Numbered from the stretch's first letter, positions 49,826 through 59,938 are shown. The stretch is DNA of 64,000 bases from an uncultured Candidatus Nemicrothrix sp. (GCA_964344855.1 CAYFOV010000009.1:28235-92234), one strand, 5' to 3'. Numbers and translations: made by a program. The notes: generated by a model not told the origin, from the letters alone.

Positions 49826-50905
49826 TCAAACACCAACGGCGAAGACGCCGGGTCCGACATATGTCACAGCGACCCTGTCGCCGCGGGCGAACGAGACGTC
49901 GGCGGCGGTGCGGGCCCTGACCGGTGTGCCGTCACCCAGTCGGATGAGGACAACGGCGTCGTGGCCGTAGTACTCGACCAGCTCGACCACGCCGTCGTCG
50001 CCGGGCCCCACCGCCAGGTCCTCGGGGCGCATGAGCAACTCGACCCGACCCTCCGTTCCGGCCTCGATTCCAGGCGCCAGCGGCACCTCGCCCAGCGGCG
50101 TCGAGCAGGTTCCCCCGGCCCCGTTGCCGCACGGGCCGTCGACCGGGAACAGGTTCGCCTCGCCCACGAACGTGGCGATCCAGCGGTCGGCGGGCCGCCT
50201 GTACACCTCGTCGGGGCTGCCGACCTGTGCCAGCAGCCCGTCGTGGAGTACTGCGACCCTGTCACCCAGCACGAAGGCCTCGTCCTGGTCATGTGTCACG
50301 AAGACCGTTGTCACGCCCAACTCGACCAGGAGGTGGTGGATCTCGGTTCGGACCTGGGAGCGGAGGGAGGTGTCCAGGTTGGAGAAGGGTTCGTCCAGCA
50401 GCAGCACGCCGGGCCGCGGCGCCAGGGCCCTCGCCAGGGCCACACGCTGCTGCTGTCCCCCCGAGAGCGTCCCCGGCATGCGGCCGGCGACGTCCGCCAA
50501 CCCGACCATGGCGAGCGACTCCGCCACCCGCCCAGAACCGGCCTCCCGCCTCGGTAGCCCGTAGCCGACGTTCCTGGCCACGTCCAGGTGGGGGAAGAGG
50601 GCGGAGTCCTGGAAGACCATGCCGATCCTGCGCCGTTCAGGCGGAACGAATGTGCCCGGTCCGCTGACGACGCGGTCGCCGATGGAGACCCTGCCGCCCT
50701 CGGGCCTCTCCAGGCCGGCTATGGCCCTCAACAGGGTCGTCTTGCCGCAGCCGCTGGGGCCGAGCAGGGCGATGATCTCGCCGGGTTCGACCGCCAGCGA
50801 GATGTCGGACAGCACGGTCCGGCCCTCGTAGCCGACCGAAACGCCCTCTATGGCGAGGCCCACGGGCGTCGGGTCCCGCGGCACCTCCCGTCCTATGTTC
50901 ACCAT
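49826..50905 (-). CDS. ABC transporter ATP-binding protein (FbpC/PotA-like)
   Basis: GPSGCGKTT (Walker A), LSGGQQQRVALARAL (signature), LLLDEPFS (Walker B) and a C-terminal TOBE-like domain. Confidence 0.85.
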   Translation of the reverse strand: MVNIGREVPRDPTPVGLAIEGVSVGYEGRTVLSDISLAVEPGEIIALLGPSGCGKTTLLRAIAGLERPEGGRVSIGDRVVSGPGTFVPPERRRIGMVFQDSALFPHLDVARNVGYGLPRREAGSGRVAESLAMVGLADVAGRMPGTLSGGQQQRVALARALAPRPGVLLLDEPFSNLDTSLRSQVRTEIHHLLVELGVTTVFVTHDQDEAFVLGDRVAVLHDGLLAQVGSPDEVYRRPADRWIATFVGEANLFPVDGPCGNGAGGTCSTPLGEVPLAPGIEAGTEGRVELLMRPEDLAVGPGDDGVVELVEYYGHDAVVLIRLGDGTPVRARTAADVSFARGDRVAVTYVGPGVFAVGV

Positions 50906-50994
50906 GCCTAACAGGCTAGAGGTGGGCTACCTCTCGCAACAAGGCGCGGGGTGCCGGCCCCCGGCGAGAGCCCGACCGGGCCACGCTGGCTACG

Positions 50995-51786
50995 GTGCGC
51001 GGCATGGGCGACGTCGACATCGGCTGGCTGGGCCTGTGTGCCTCGCTCCTCCTGGTGCTGCTGGTGGCGGGCATCTCCCTGGCCAGGAACCTGGGGCTGG
51101 AGCGCGACCTGTCGGTGGCGGTGCTGCGCTCGATCGTGCAACTGCTGCTGGCCGGCTGGGCGCTGCGGCTGGTCCTCGACCCGGACACCCACATGGCCTG
51201 GTCCTGGGCCTGGTCCTGTGCCCTCGTGCCCTTCGCCGCGGCCAGTGCCAGGCGCCGGGAGGGACGCCTTCCGGGCCTGGCGTGGATGACGGCCTCAGGC
51301 TACGTACTGGGCCTCGGGGTGACCCTGGCGGTGGTGTTCGGCCTCGGGGTGATGCCGCTCCAGCCCAGGGTCCTGGTGCCCGTCGCCGGAATGGTCGTGG
51401 GCAACTCGCTGAAGGTGGTCGTGGTGGCTGCCACCAGGCTGGTCGACGGGATCAGGGACCGGGCCGGCGAGATCGAGGCCATGCTGGCCCTGGGCTTCGG
51501 CGGCCGGCGTGCGACGAGGGATGTGGCCGCCGACTCGCTCCGCCTGGCCCTGCTGCCACAGGTGGAGACGACCCGGTCGGTCGGGATGGTCTTCATCCCC
51601 GGTGCGCTCACCGGCCTCATCCTGGCCGGGGTGGACCCCCTGGACGCCGCCATGGTCCAGGCCGCCCTGCTGTTCCTGATCCTGGGCTCGGCAGCCGTGA
51701 CCGGCCTCGTCGTGGTGGTGATGGGGGCAGGGCGCTTCGTGACGGCCGACCAGCGGCTGGTGCCGCCTGCGCGCCAGGTGTTGTAG
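50995..51786 (+). CDS. UPF0014/FetB (YbbM)-family ABC permease-like membrane protein (putative iron export)
   Basis: About 260 aa with 7-8 hydrophobic segments (RSIVQLLLAGW.., GMVVGNSLK, EIEAMLALG, TRSVGMVFIPGALTG). Start is GTG 50995 or ATG 51004. Confidence 0.6.
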   Translation: MRGMGDVDIGWLGLCASLLLVLLVAGISLARNLGLERDLSVAVLRSIVQLLLAGWALRLVLDPDTHMAWSWAWSCALVPFAAASARRREGRLPGLAWMTASGYVLGLGVTLAVVFGLGVMPLQPRVLVPVAGMVVGNSLKVVVVAATRLVDGIRDRAGEIEAMLALGFGGRRATRDVAADSLRLALLPQVETTRSVGMVFIPGALTGLILAGVDPLDAAMVQAALLFLILGSAAVTGLVVVVMGAGRFVTADQRLVPPARQVL

Positions 51787-52353
51787 CTAGGGGAGTCGGG
51801 CCCCCAGGACCGAGAGCAGCTCCAGGACGGCTCCGACCGACAGCCCGACCACATTGTCCCTGCACCCGTCCAGCGAGCTCACGAACCCGGCGGCATCGCC
51901 CTGGATGGCGTAGCCGCCGGCCTTGTCGAGGGGCTCCCCGGTGGCCACGTAGGCCCTGATCTCCTCGTCGGTGAGCTCCCTGAAGGTGACCCTCGTCGTG
52001 ACGATTCCCGAGGCGTCGTGGCCGCCGTGCCGGGCGGCGATGCCGCCGAGGACCTCGTGGGTCCGGCCCGAGAGCAGCCGCAGCATCTGGACGGCCCGTT
52101 CGTCCGTGTGGGGCTTGCCGAGCACCTCCCCGTCCACCACGACGGCCGTGTCGGCTGCCAGGCCGGTCTCCCCGCGGACGACCACCGAGTGCAGCTTGGC
52201 CAGGGCCAGGCGCTGGACCATGGCCCGTGGCTCCTCCCCCGGGAGCGGCGTCTCGTCGACGGGTGGGATCCTGACCTCAGGGTCGAAGCCAGCCCCCACG
52301 AGCAGGTCAAGGCGCCTGGGGGAGCCCGACGCCAGCACCAGCCGCCCCGACAC
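51787..52353 (-). CDS. maf: Maf family nucleoside-triphosphate pyrophosphatase
   Basis: LVLASGSPRRLDLL.., AADTAVVVDGEVLGKP and DKAGGYAIQG. Confidence 0.85.
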   Translation of the reverse strand: MSGRLVLASGSPRRLDLLVGAGFDPEVRIPPVDETPLPGEEPRAMVQRLALAKLHSVVVRGETGLAADTAVVVDGEVLGKPHTDERAVQMLRLLSGRTHEVLGGIAARHGGHDASGIVTTRVTFRELTDEEIRAYVATGEPLDKAGGYAIQGDAAGFVSSLDGCRDNVVGLSVGAVLELLSVLGARLP

Positions 52354-52356
52354 CGG

Positions 52357-53556
52357 TCAGCCTCCCGAGACCAGGGCCTCGGCCTCGGCCGGCGGCGGTG
52401 TCAGGTCGCCGGGATCCTCCAGCCAGCCCTCCGGCAGCACCACCCGCCTTGGGCCGCTGCGGTGGCTCCTAGGCGTGCGCAGCGAGGCCGGGTCGAGGGC
52501 CAGCCCCGCTCCCAGCTCCCCGACCAGGGACGCCAGCAGTGAGTCCAGGTGGTCGGGCGACACGATCCCCTGCAGGTCCCGGCGCGCCGCGGGCCCGGTC
52601 GGATACCCCTTCAGGTACCAGGAGGTGTGCTTCCTGAAGTCGCGGATTCCCTGCGGTCCCGCCCAGGCGACCAGCAGGCGGCCGTGCCTGGACATGGTCG
52701 CCGCCACCTGGCCCAGGTCCGGCGGGTCGTCGGTCTCCCGGCCGCCGCTGCCCGGCGTGGTACCGAACACGCTGGCCAGGTCCCCGAACAGCCAGGGTCG
52801 GCCCAGGCAGCCCCTGCCCACGACCACCCCGTCACACCCCGTCTCACGCATCATCCGCAGGGCGTCCCACGGCTCCCACACGTCGCCGTTCCCCAGCACC
52901 GGCACGTCCAGGGCCTGCTTCAGGGCGGCCACGGCGGACCAGTCCGCCCGGCCCGAGTAGAGCTGCTCTGCGGTGCGGGCGTGCAGGGCGACCGCCGCCA
53001 CCCCGGCCTCCTCGGCTATCCGACCGGCATCGAGGTAGGTGAGGTGTCCGTCGTCGGTGCCCTTGCGGAACTTGACCGTCACGGGCGTGTCGCCCGCCGC
53101 CCCCACCGCCGCACCCACGATGGCTGCGAACAGGCGGGGCTTCAGCGGAATGGCGGCGCCACCGCCCCTGCGTGTGACCTTGGGCATCGGACAGCCGAAG
53201 TTGAGGTCCACGTGGTCCACCCGGTCCTCGTCGACCAGGAGGCGCACGGCCCGGCCCACCGACTCCGGTTCGGTGCCGTAGAGCTGGATGCTCCGAGGCG
53301 ACTCGTCGGGGGCGAAGCGGCTGTTGTGGAGCGTCCGGGCGTGGCCGTCCACGAGGCCCCGTGCCGTGATCATCTCGCTCACGAACAGGGCGGCGCCGAA
53401 CTCCCTGCACAGAGTCCGGAAGGGCGAGTTCGTGACCCCCGCCATCGGCGCCAGCACGACCGGAGGCCAGACGTCCATCGGGCCGATCCGGGCCGGCTGG
53501 AACTCACCGGGGAGGGCCGGCTGGACGCCCAGGTTCACGTCGCTGCGCAGGCCCAT
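52357..53556 (-). CDS. dus: tRNA-dihydrouridine synthase
   Basis: VVLAPMAGVTNSPFR, IQLYG, VDLNFGCPMPKVTRRGGGAA and PVTVKFRKG. Confidence 0.85.
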   Translation of the reverse strand: MGLRSDVNLGVQPALPGEFQPARIGPMDVWPPVVLAPMAGVTNSPFRTLCREFGAALFVSEMITARGLVDGHARTLHNSRFAPDESPRSIQLYGTEPESVGRAVRLLVDEDRVDHVDLNFGCPMPKVTRRGGGAAIPLKPRLFAAIVGAAVGAAGDTPVTVKFRKGTDDGHLTYLDAGRIAEEAGVAAVALHARTAEQLYSGRADWSAVAALKQALDVPVLGNGDVWEPWDALRMMRETGCDGVVVGRGCLGRPWLFGDLASVFGTTPGSGGRETDDPPDLGQVAATMSRHGRLLVAWAGPQGIRDFRKHTSWYLKGYPTGPAARRDLQGIVSPDHLDSLLASLVGELGAGLALDPASLRTPRSHRSGPRRVVLPEGWLEDPGDLTPPPAEAEALVSGG

Positions 53557-53622
53557 GCGGACAAGCGTAGGACCCGGGAGCGGTCGGCTGGTCGGGGTGC
53601 CGGGCCGTCCGCCGGGGCCCGG

Positions 53623-54477
53623 TCATAGCGCCAGGCGGAATCCCTGGTGGGCCGTCGAGCTCTCGGGGGTGTTGCCCAGCCTGGCGCCCAGCCGGTAGCG
53701 GTTGCAGTAGCTGTCGTGGCAGAGGAACGAACCCCCCTTGGCGACCCTGTCCACGCCCATCGCCGGTCCGGACGGGTCGACGAGGGGCCGCTCCTGCGGG
53801 TGCCTCGAGCTGAACCAGTCGGAGCACCACTCCCACACGTTCCCCGAGCAGTTGTGCAGGCCGTAGCCGTTCGGGTCGAAGGCGTCCACCGGGCAGGTTC
53901 CGGCGAAGCCGTCCTCGGCCGTGTCCTCCACCGGGAAGGTGCCCGTCCACACGTTGCACACGTGGCGCCCCCCCGGTCGCAGGGCGTCTCCCCAGGGGAG
54001 CCTGGCCTGGACCAGGCCGCCGCGGGCCGCGAACTCCCACTCAGCCTCAGTGGGGAGCCTCCCCCCGGCCCAGGCGGCGAAGGCGGCGGCATCGTGCCAG
54101 GAGGCGTGCACCACGGGGTGGTCCCCACGGTCTCCGATCCCGGACCCCGGACCCTCCGGGTGCGCCCAGTCGGCGCCGAACACCTGCCGCCACCAGGGGG
54201 CGCTGGCCACCCCCCGGGTGTCCGGGAAGTCGTCGGGCAGGTGGCCGGCGAACACGAACGACCAGCCCTCCACCTCTGCAGTTGTCCGGTGCCCGGTGGC
54301 CGCCACGAAGGCGGCGAACTCGTCGTTGGTGGCCGCCGTCGCCGAGATGGCGAAGGGTGACAGCTGGACCTCCCTTACCGGGCCCTCGCCGTCGCCCGGG
54401 TAGGCGAGGTCCTCGCTGCCCATCAGGAATGCCCCCCCGGGGAGCGGGACCATCCGCGACAGCGGGTCGGCGGCCAC
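53623..54477 (-). CDS. Formylglycine-generating enzyme (SUMF1/FGE family)
   Basis: MVPLPGGAFLMGS.., LPTEAEWEFAARGG, NVWEW, and C-terminal GGSFLCHDSYCNRYR containing the two catalytic Cys. Confidence 0.8.
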   Translation of the reverse strand: MAADPLSRMVPLPGGAFLMGSEDLAYPGDGEGPVREVQLSPFAISATAATNDEFAAFVAATGHRTTAEVEGWSFVFAGHLPDDFPDTRGVASAPWWRQVFGADWAHPEGPGSGIGDRGDHPVVHASWHDAAAFAAWAGGRLPTEAEWEFAARGGLVQARLPWGDALRPGGRHVCNVWTGTFPVEDTAEDGFAGTCPVDAFDPNGYGLHNCSGNVWEWCSDWFSSRHPQERPLVDPSGPAMGVDRVAKGGSFLCHDSYCNRYRLGARLGNTPESSTAHQGFRLAL

Positions 54478-54483
54478 GGTGGT

Positions 54484-55191
54484 TCAGTTGGTCCCTGCAG
54501 CAGCGACGATGTCTGCAACGAAGGACCGGATGGCCGATGCGCAGGCCTCCGCCGCCTTCAGGTGGACCATGTGGCCGTGGTCGGGGACGATGAGGGTCCG
54601 GTGCACGTCGAGGTCCCGCTCGAACAGGCCGGCTGCCGCCGCGAAGCGCCTGTCCCTCTCGCCCAGGACAATGAGCACGGGTGCCCCGATCTCGGTGAGG
54701 CGGTCTATGACCTCCGAGTCGACGTGCAACGAGAGCTCCTCCACCCCTGGCGCCAGGCCCAGCCTGGCGGCGTTCTCCCTGACCGAGGCGTTCCACTGCT
54801 CCCTGGCCTCGGCCTTCCTGAAGCCCGGTCCGGAGGCGACCAGGACCAGGCCGGTCACGTCCTCGGGGTGCTCAAGGGCGTGTGCCAGGCAGAGGTAGCC
54901 GCCGAGGCTGTGGCCGGCCAGGACGGCCGGGCGTCCGGCGGTGTCCAGGACCCGGCGGAGGTCTCCGAGGGCGTGGTCACGCGTGTAGGAACCGGGTGGC
55001 GGGGTGTCGCTGCCGCCGTGTCCCCTGAGGTCCCAGGTGGTGATTGCGTGGTCCGACTCCAGCTCCGAGGCGATGGGCTCCCACACCGACCTGTCGTTGG
55101 CCCAGCCGTGGGTGAACACCAACCCGGGCCCCGAGCCTCTGTGCTCGACGGCGATGTGGACCTCCCTGGCAGGACCCTCGCCGGCGCTCAC
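54484..55191 (-). CDS. Alpha/beta hydrolase fold protein
   Basis: GLVFTHGW.., nucleophile elbow GHSLGG, and a C-terminal DHGH His region. 235 aa. Confidence 0.75.
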   Translation of the reverse strand: MSAGEGPAREVHIAVEHRGSGPGLVFTHGWANDRSVWEPIASELESDHAITTWDLRGHGGSDTPPPGSYTRDHALGDLRRVLDTAGRPAVLAGHSLGGYLCLAHALEHPEDVTGLVLVASGPGFRKAEAREQWNASVRENAARLGLAPGVEELSLHVDSEVIDRLTEIGAPVLIVLGERDRRFAAAAGLFERDLDVHRTLIVPDHGHMVHLKAAEACASAIRSFVADIVAAAGTN

Positions 55192-56351
55192 CGCAGGCCC
55201 CTGAAGAAGCTTCGGATGTCGTCCACCAGGACGTCGGGCGCCTCCATGGCCGCGAAGTGACCGCCGGAGTCGTGTTCTGCCCAGAAGGTCACGTTGTGGG
55301 AGGCCTCAACCCAGCGCCGGCGTGCCACGAACAACTCCTTGGGGAAGGCCGACACGCCCAGGGGCACGTCGCCCGTCGCCCCCAGGCCGGGTACCGGCGA
55401 CCTCATCGTCTCGTAGTACATGCGGGTCGAGGAGTTGATCGTGCCCGTGAACCAGTAGACGGAGGCGTTGGCCAGCACGGCGTCCCGGTCGACGACGGCG
55501 AAGGGGTCGCCGTCGTGGTCGGTCCAGCCGTGGAACTTCTCGCCGATCCACGAGAGCAGGCCGGCCGGGGAGTCGTTCAGGCCCGTGGCGAGCGTCTGGG
55601 GCCGGGTCTCCTGGATCCTGAAGTAGCCGTTGTCCTCGGCCAGGTACCAGGCGCCGCGGTCCAGGTGCCGCTGCTCGGCCTGTGTGATGTCGGCCATGTC
55701 GTCGTCCCGGCCGGGTGGGCTGGCCGTGATCATGTTCACATGGCAGCCGACCACCCGGTCAGGGTCCACATGGGCCATCTGGCGTGCGACCAGGGAGCCC
55801 CAGTCGCCCCCCTGCACCCCGTAGGAGCCGTAGCCGAGGCGGGCGGCCAGGTGGGCGAACCCCCTGGCCGTGCGGTCCACGCCCCAGCCCCTCTCGGTGG
55901 TCGGTCCCGACCAGGCGTACCCGGGCAGGGAGGGGGCCAGCACGTGGAAGGCGTCGGCGGCGTCACCACCGTGGGCGGTCGGGTCTGTCAGCGGGCCGAT
56001 GACCTCGAGGAACTCCACGACCGAGCCCGGCCAGCCGTGGCTGATGACCAGCGGCAGGGCGTCGTCGTGGGGGGAGCGCTGGTTGATGAAGTGGAGGCGC
56101 TGCCCGTCGACCACGGTCGTGTAGTTGTCGAGGGCGTTGAGGCGGGCCTCCTGGGCCCGCCAGTCGAACCCCTCGGCCCAGTAGGCGGCCAGGTCCTGCA
56201 GCCAGCCCAGGTCGCAGCCGTACTCCCAGCCGGTCCCGGGGATCTGGTCGGGCCAGCGGGTGCGCCTGAGGCGGTCCCGCAGGTCGTGGATCTGGGCATC
56301 GTCGACCGCGACGGTGAACCCCGACACGGCGTCAGGCGTGGTCCCGGACAT
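55188..56351 (-). CDS. Epoxide hydrolase (microsomal type with N-terminal EHN domain)
   Basis: FTVAVDDAQIHDLRDRLRRTRWPDQ (EHN domain), HGWPGS and GGDWGS (nucleophile Asp). Its stop overlaps the next gene's start. Confidence 0.8.
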   Translation of the reverse strand: MSGTTPDAVSGFTVAVDDAQIHDLRDRLRRTRWPDQIPGTGWEYGCDLGWLQDLAAYWAEGFDWRAQEARLNALDNYTTVVDGQRLHFINQRSPHDDALPLVISHGWPGSVVEFLEVIGPLTDPTAHGGDAADAFHVLAPSLPGYAWSGPTTERGWGVDRTARGFAHLAARLGYGSYGVQGGDWGSLVARQMAHVDPDRVVGCHVNMITASPPGRDDDMADITQAEQRHLDRGAWYLAEDNGYFRIQETRPQTLATGLNDSPAGLLSWIGEKFHGWTDHDGDPFAVVDRDAVLANASVYWFTGTINSSTRMYYETMRSPVPGLGATGDVPLGVSAFPKELFVARRRWVEASHNVTFWAEHDSGGHFAAMEAPDVLVDDIRSFFRGLR

Positions 56352-56438
56352 GGCCGGACCGTATCCGGCACTGGGGCCGGTGGCCCCGCCGGCCGGGCCC
56401 GTCCGGCACCCCGGGAGCGGCTGTTACCTTGGTCTCCC

Positions 56439-57248
56439 ATGGAGCTGGGGGACGCACGCGTGCTGGTGACCGGCGGCTCCCGGGGGATAGGGGCGGCCCT
56501 GGCGGAGGCCTTCGCGGCCGTCGGGGCGGACGTGGTCGTGGTGGCACGGTCCGCCGACGACCTGGCGGCCGTGGCAGCCCGCACGGGAGGGGCCGCCCAC
56601 GTGGCCGACCTCACCGACCCGGCCGTGGTCGACGGCCTGGTCGACCTGGTCGAGGACCGGTACGGCCCGGTCGACGTGCTGGTCAACAACGCCGGGGTGG
56701 AGACGGTCGACCCCGTGGCGACGGTGGATCCCGACGCCGTTCGGACGGCGGCACGGTTGAACCTGGAGGCCCCCATGGTCCTCACGAGGCGCGTCCTCCC
56801 GGGGATGCTCCAGCGTGGCCGGGGGGCCGTCGTGTTCATGTCCTCGCTGGCCGGCACGGCCGGCTTCCCCGGGATGGGCCCCTACTGCGCCACCAAGGCC
56901 GGCCTCAACAACTTCGCCTCGGCACTGCGGATCGAGCTGAAGGGCACGCCGGTGACGACGACCCTCGTAGCCCCGGGCCCCGTCGACACCCGCATGTGGG
57001 ACGCCGTCGAGGCAGCCTCACCCAGCGTGCAGCGCACCGCCGGGCGCTTCCGGAAGCTGCAGCTGATCCCCAAGACCACCCCCGATCGCCTGGCCCGGCG
57101 GGTGGTGGCGGCCACGGCAGCAGGCCGCAGGCACGTTCGCCACCCGAGGCGCCTCACCCTCAACTTCTGGCTGGGCGAGTCGCCGAGGCGCCTGACCGAG
57201 GTGATGCTGGCCGGGGTCAGGATCGATCCGCTGGACAGGGCCGGCTGA
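56439..57248 (+). CDS. SDR family oxidoreductase
   Basis: VTGGSRGIGAAL, NNAG, and Y-x3-K (YCATKAG). Divergent from the epoxide hydrolase gene. Confidence 0.8.
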   Translation: MELGDARVLVTGGSRGIGAALAEAFAAVGADVVVVARSADDLAAVAARTGGAAHVADLTDPAVVDGLVDLVEDRYGPVDVLVNNAGVETVDPVATVDPDAVRTAARLNLEAPMVLTRRVLPGMLQRGRGAVVFMSSLAGTAGFPGMGPYCATKAGLNNFASALRIELKGTPVTTTLVAPGPVDTRMWDAVEAASPSVQRTAGRFRKLQLIPKTTPDRLARRVVAATAAGRRHVRHPRRLTLNFWLGESPRRLTEVMLAGVRIDPLDRAG

Positions 57249-57328
57249 GCTTCAGGGCCGGGGTGACGCCTGTGGGCACCGGTTGCGACCCACTGGACCG
57301 GGCCTGGTCAGGCCCTCCCTGGCCGGCC

Positions 57329-58366
57329 TCAGGCGTGCTCGGCCAGCTCGCGGAGCCTTCCCAGCACGGCGGCAGGATCGCCGCCTACGGGGTTCACGTT
57401 CAGCGACGTCACGCCGGCCTCCCGGTAGGCGGCCAGCCGGTCGCTGATGTAGGCCTCGTCCCCGCAGAGCGTGGTGTTCTCGACCAGCTCGGCCGGAAGG
57501 GCTGCAGCGGCGTCATCGCGGCGGCCGTCCAGGTAGGCGTCCTGCACCGCCCTGGCCTCGTCGGGGAAGCCGTAGTCGCGGCACACGTCGTTGTAGAAGT
57601 TCTTCTCCCTCGCCCCCATCCCCCCGATGTAGAGGGCGGCCATGGGCCGGGCCAGGTCCCGGTACTGGGCGGCGTCATCGCCGATGGCGACCAGGCCGCC
57701 CGCCACCACGTCCAACGGGCCGAGGTCGGGGTCGCGGCGGGCCAGCCCGGCCCTGACGGCCTCGCCCCAGACCCGGTCCATGCGCTCCGGGTAGACGAGG
57801 AACGGCAGCCAGCCGTCCGTGGTGGCAGCGGTCTCCTCGACGCTCCTCTGGCCCAGGGCGGCTATGTAGATCGGGATGCGGTCCCGCACGGGGTGGTTGA
57901 TGATCTTGAGGGCCTTGCCAAGGCCGGTTCCCCGGTCGGGGGGCAGGGGCAGGGTGAAGGCCCTGCCCTCGTGGACCAGCGGCTCCCGGCGCCACGCCAT
58001 CCGGCAGATTGAGATGATCTCCCTCATCCTGGTGAGCGGCATGTCGTAGGGCACCCCGTGGAAGCCCTCGATCACCTGAGGTCCAGATGCGCCCAGGCCC
58101 AGCGAGAAGCGGCCTCCCGACAGCGAGTCCAGGCCTGCCGCGGTCTGGGCCAGCAGGGCCGGTGTGCGGCTGTAGGTGTTCAGGATCCCGCTGGCCAGCT
58201 GCACCGTCCCGGTGCTGGCCGCCAGGTAGCCCAGCAGGCTCACGGCGTCGAACCCGTACGCCTCGGGAACCCAGATGCAGTCCACCCCGGCCGCCTCCAG
58301 GCGCCGGGCCTGCTCGGCTGCCGCAGGCGGGTCGGTGGAGTAGTTGAGCGAGGTGGTTATCCGCAT
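57329..58366 (-). CDS. LLM-class F420-dependent oxidoreductase
   Basis: Luciferase-like pattern (GVDCIWVPEAYGFDA, RFSLGLGASGPQV). 345 aa. Confidence 0.7.
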   Translation of the reverse strand: MRITTSLNYSTDPPAAAEQARRLEAAGVDCIWVPEAYGFDAVSLLGYLAASTGTVQLASGILNTYSRTPALLAQTAAGLDSLSGGRFSLGLGASGPQVIEGFHGVPYDMPLTRMREIISICRMAWRREPLVHEGRAFTLPLPPDRGTGLGKALKIINHPVRDRIPIYIAALGQRSVEETAATTDGWLPFLVYPERMDRVWGEAVRAGLARRDPDLGPLDVVAGGLVAIGDDAAQYRDLARPMAALYIGGMGAREKNFYNDVCRDYGFPDEARAVQDAYLDGRRDDAAAALPAELVENTTLCGDEAYISDRLAAYREAGVTSLNVNPVGGDPAAVLGRLRELAEHA

Positions 58367-58393
58367 GGGCGGATCATCGCAGCAGCCGACCCG

Positions 58394-59938
58394 TCACCGG
58401 GAATCCGGGAACCGGGCCACCAGGACCGCTGCCACAACGGCCAGCATCGCCGCTCCAACGAGCATCGACAGGGAGTAGCCGCCGGCGAACGCCGACCTGG
58501 CTGCCGTTGCAACCGTGTCGGCCGCGCCGGCCGGCGCCCTGGCGGCCACCTGCAGTGCCGCTCCCACCGAGTCCCTGGCGGCCTCGAGGGCCTCGCCCGG
58601 CACCGGCAGGGCGTCGAGGGAGTCACCCAGCCGGCTCCGGTAGCCCGTCGAGAGGAGCGTGCCCAGCAGTGCGATCCCGACCGCGGCTCCGACCTCGCGT
58701 GTCGTGTCGTTGACCGCCGAGGCGACCCCGGCCTTGTCCAGGGGCAGCGACGACACGATCGCCGTCGTCGCCGTGGGGAAGGTGAGGGCCATGCCCGACG
58801 AGAGCAGCAGGATCCCGGCCAGCAGGTGCACATAGGGCGACTCCGGCGAGAGCCGCGACATCACCAGGCAGCCGACTGCCGCGGTGGCCAGCCCCACCCC
58901 CATGGCCCGGCCGGCTCCGATGCGCTGCACGAGCAGGGGCCCGCGGGGTGCCACGGCAACCATGCCCACGGCGAACGGCAGGGTCCGAAGGGCCGTGCCC
59001 AGCGGGCTGTGGCCCATGACGAACTGCAGGAACTGGGCCAGGCCGAAGAACATCCCGAACATGACGGCGAACGAGGTCGTGATTGTGAGGCTGGCCAGGC
59101 CGAAGCTCCGGATGCGGAACAGGCCCGGGTCCAGCATCGGGTGTCGGCTCCTCCCCGCGGTCAGGGTCCACGTGGTCAGGAGGAGCATGGCTGCCGCGAG
59201 GCCGCCGACCACGAGCGGGTGTGTCCAACCGTACTCCGGTCCCTGGATCAGCCCGAACACCAGCCCCGCCAGGCCCGAGGCCGTCAGCAGCGCCCCCCGG
59301 GGGTCCAGGGGCGCCTGCCGCGTGTCGCGCGATGTCGGCACCATGAGGGTCACCAGCACCAGGGCGATGGTGGCCGTGGGAACGTTCACGAGGAACACCG
59401 ATCCCCACCAGAAGTACTCCAGCAGCAGGCCCGCCGAGAGGATCCCGATGGCCCCTCCTGCGCCGGCGAAGCCCGCCCAGACGGCGATGGCCCGGCTGCG
59501 CTCCCCGGGTGGGAACACGGCGGTCAGGATGGAGAGGGTGGCGGGCATGGTCAGGGCGGCACCCACGCCCATGACGCAGCGCCAGATGATGATCTCGCCG
59601 GCGCTGTCGCTCCCCGTTGCAACCAGGGCGCCGGCCAGGAACACCGCCAGGCCCAACTGCAGCGCACCACGACGGCCGAAGCGGTCGCCCAGGGCGCCTG
59701 CCGGCAGCAGGAACGAGGCGAACACCAGGGCGTACGCGGCGTTGATCCAGACCAACTGGGAGCCGGTGGCCGAGAGGGCCCGCTGGATGGATGGCAGCGC
59801 CAGGTTGAGGGAGCTGACCCCGGCGACGACCAGGACCAGTGACAGGTTCAGGATGGACAGGATGAACCACCGGCGTGGGTGTCCGGCCTCGTCGTGGAGC
59901 CCTCCCGCCCGGTCGCCCATGGTGGTGCAGTCTCCCAC
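58394..59938 (-). CDS. MFS transporter, DHA2 (EmrB/QacA, 14-TMS) family
   Basis: About 14 hydrophobic segments and the motif GALGDRFGRR after TMS2. ATG 59920 is an alternative start. Confidence 0.8.
   Translation of the reverse strand: MGDCTTMGDRAGGLHDEAGHPRRWFILSILNLSLVLVVAGVSSLNLALPSIQRALSATGSQLVWINAAYALVFASFLLPAGALGDRFGRRGALQLGLAVFLAGALVATGSDSAGEIIIWRCVMGVGAALTMPATLSILTAVFPPGERSRAIAVWAGFAGAGGAIGILSAGLLLEYFWWGSVFLVNVPTATIALVLVTLMVPTSRDTRQAPLDPRGALLTASGLAGLVFGLIQGPEYGWTHPLVVGGLAAAMLLLTTWTLTAGRSRHPMLDPGLFRIRSFGLASLTITTSFAVMFGMFFGLAQFLQFVMGHSPLGTALRTLPFAVGMVAVAPRGPLLVQRIGAGRAMGVGLATAAVGCLVMSRLSPESPYVHLLAGILLLSSGMALTFPTATTAIVSSLPLDKAGVASAVNDTTREVGAAVGIALLGTLLSTGYRSRLGDSLDALPVPGEALEAARDSVGAALQVAARAPAGAADTVATAARSAFAGGYSLSMLVGAAMLAVVAAVLVARFPDSR

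Noticed and set aside
50906-50994. IdeR/DtxR box in the divergent region between the ABC ATPase and the FetB-like gene (CCTAACAGGCTAGAGGT, with an AGAGGT-N5-ACCTCT inverted repeat).
   Set aside because: The match to the 19-bp iron-box consensus I remember is poor and the inverted repeat is only 6 bp. That is not enough to call an operator.
52351-52359. In-frame TGA between dus and maf (minus strand).
   Set aside because: These are two well-known independent proteins, each complete. There is no redox motif at the junction.
54475-54486. In-frame TGA between the alpha/beta hydrolase and the FGE gene (minus strand).
   Set aside because: The domains are separate and complete, with nothing conserved across the stop.
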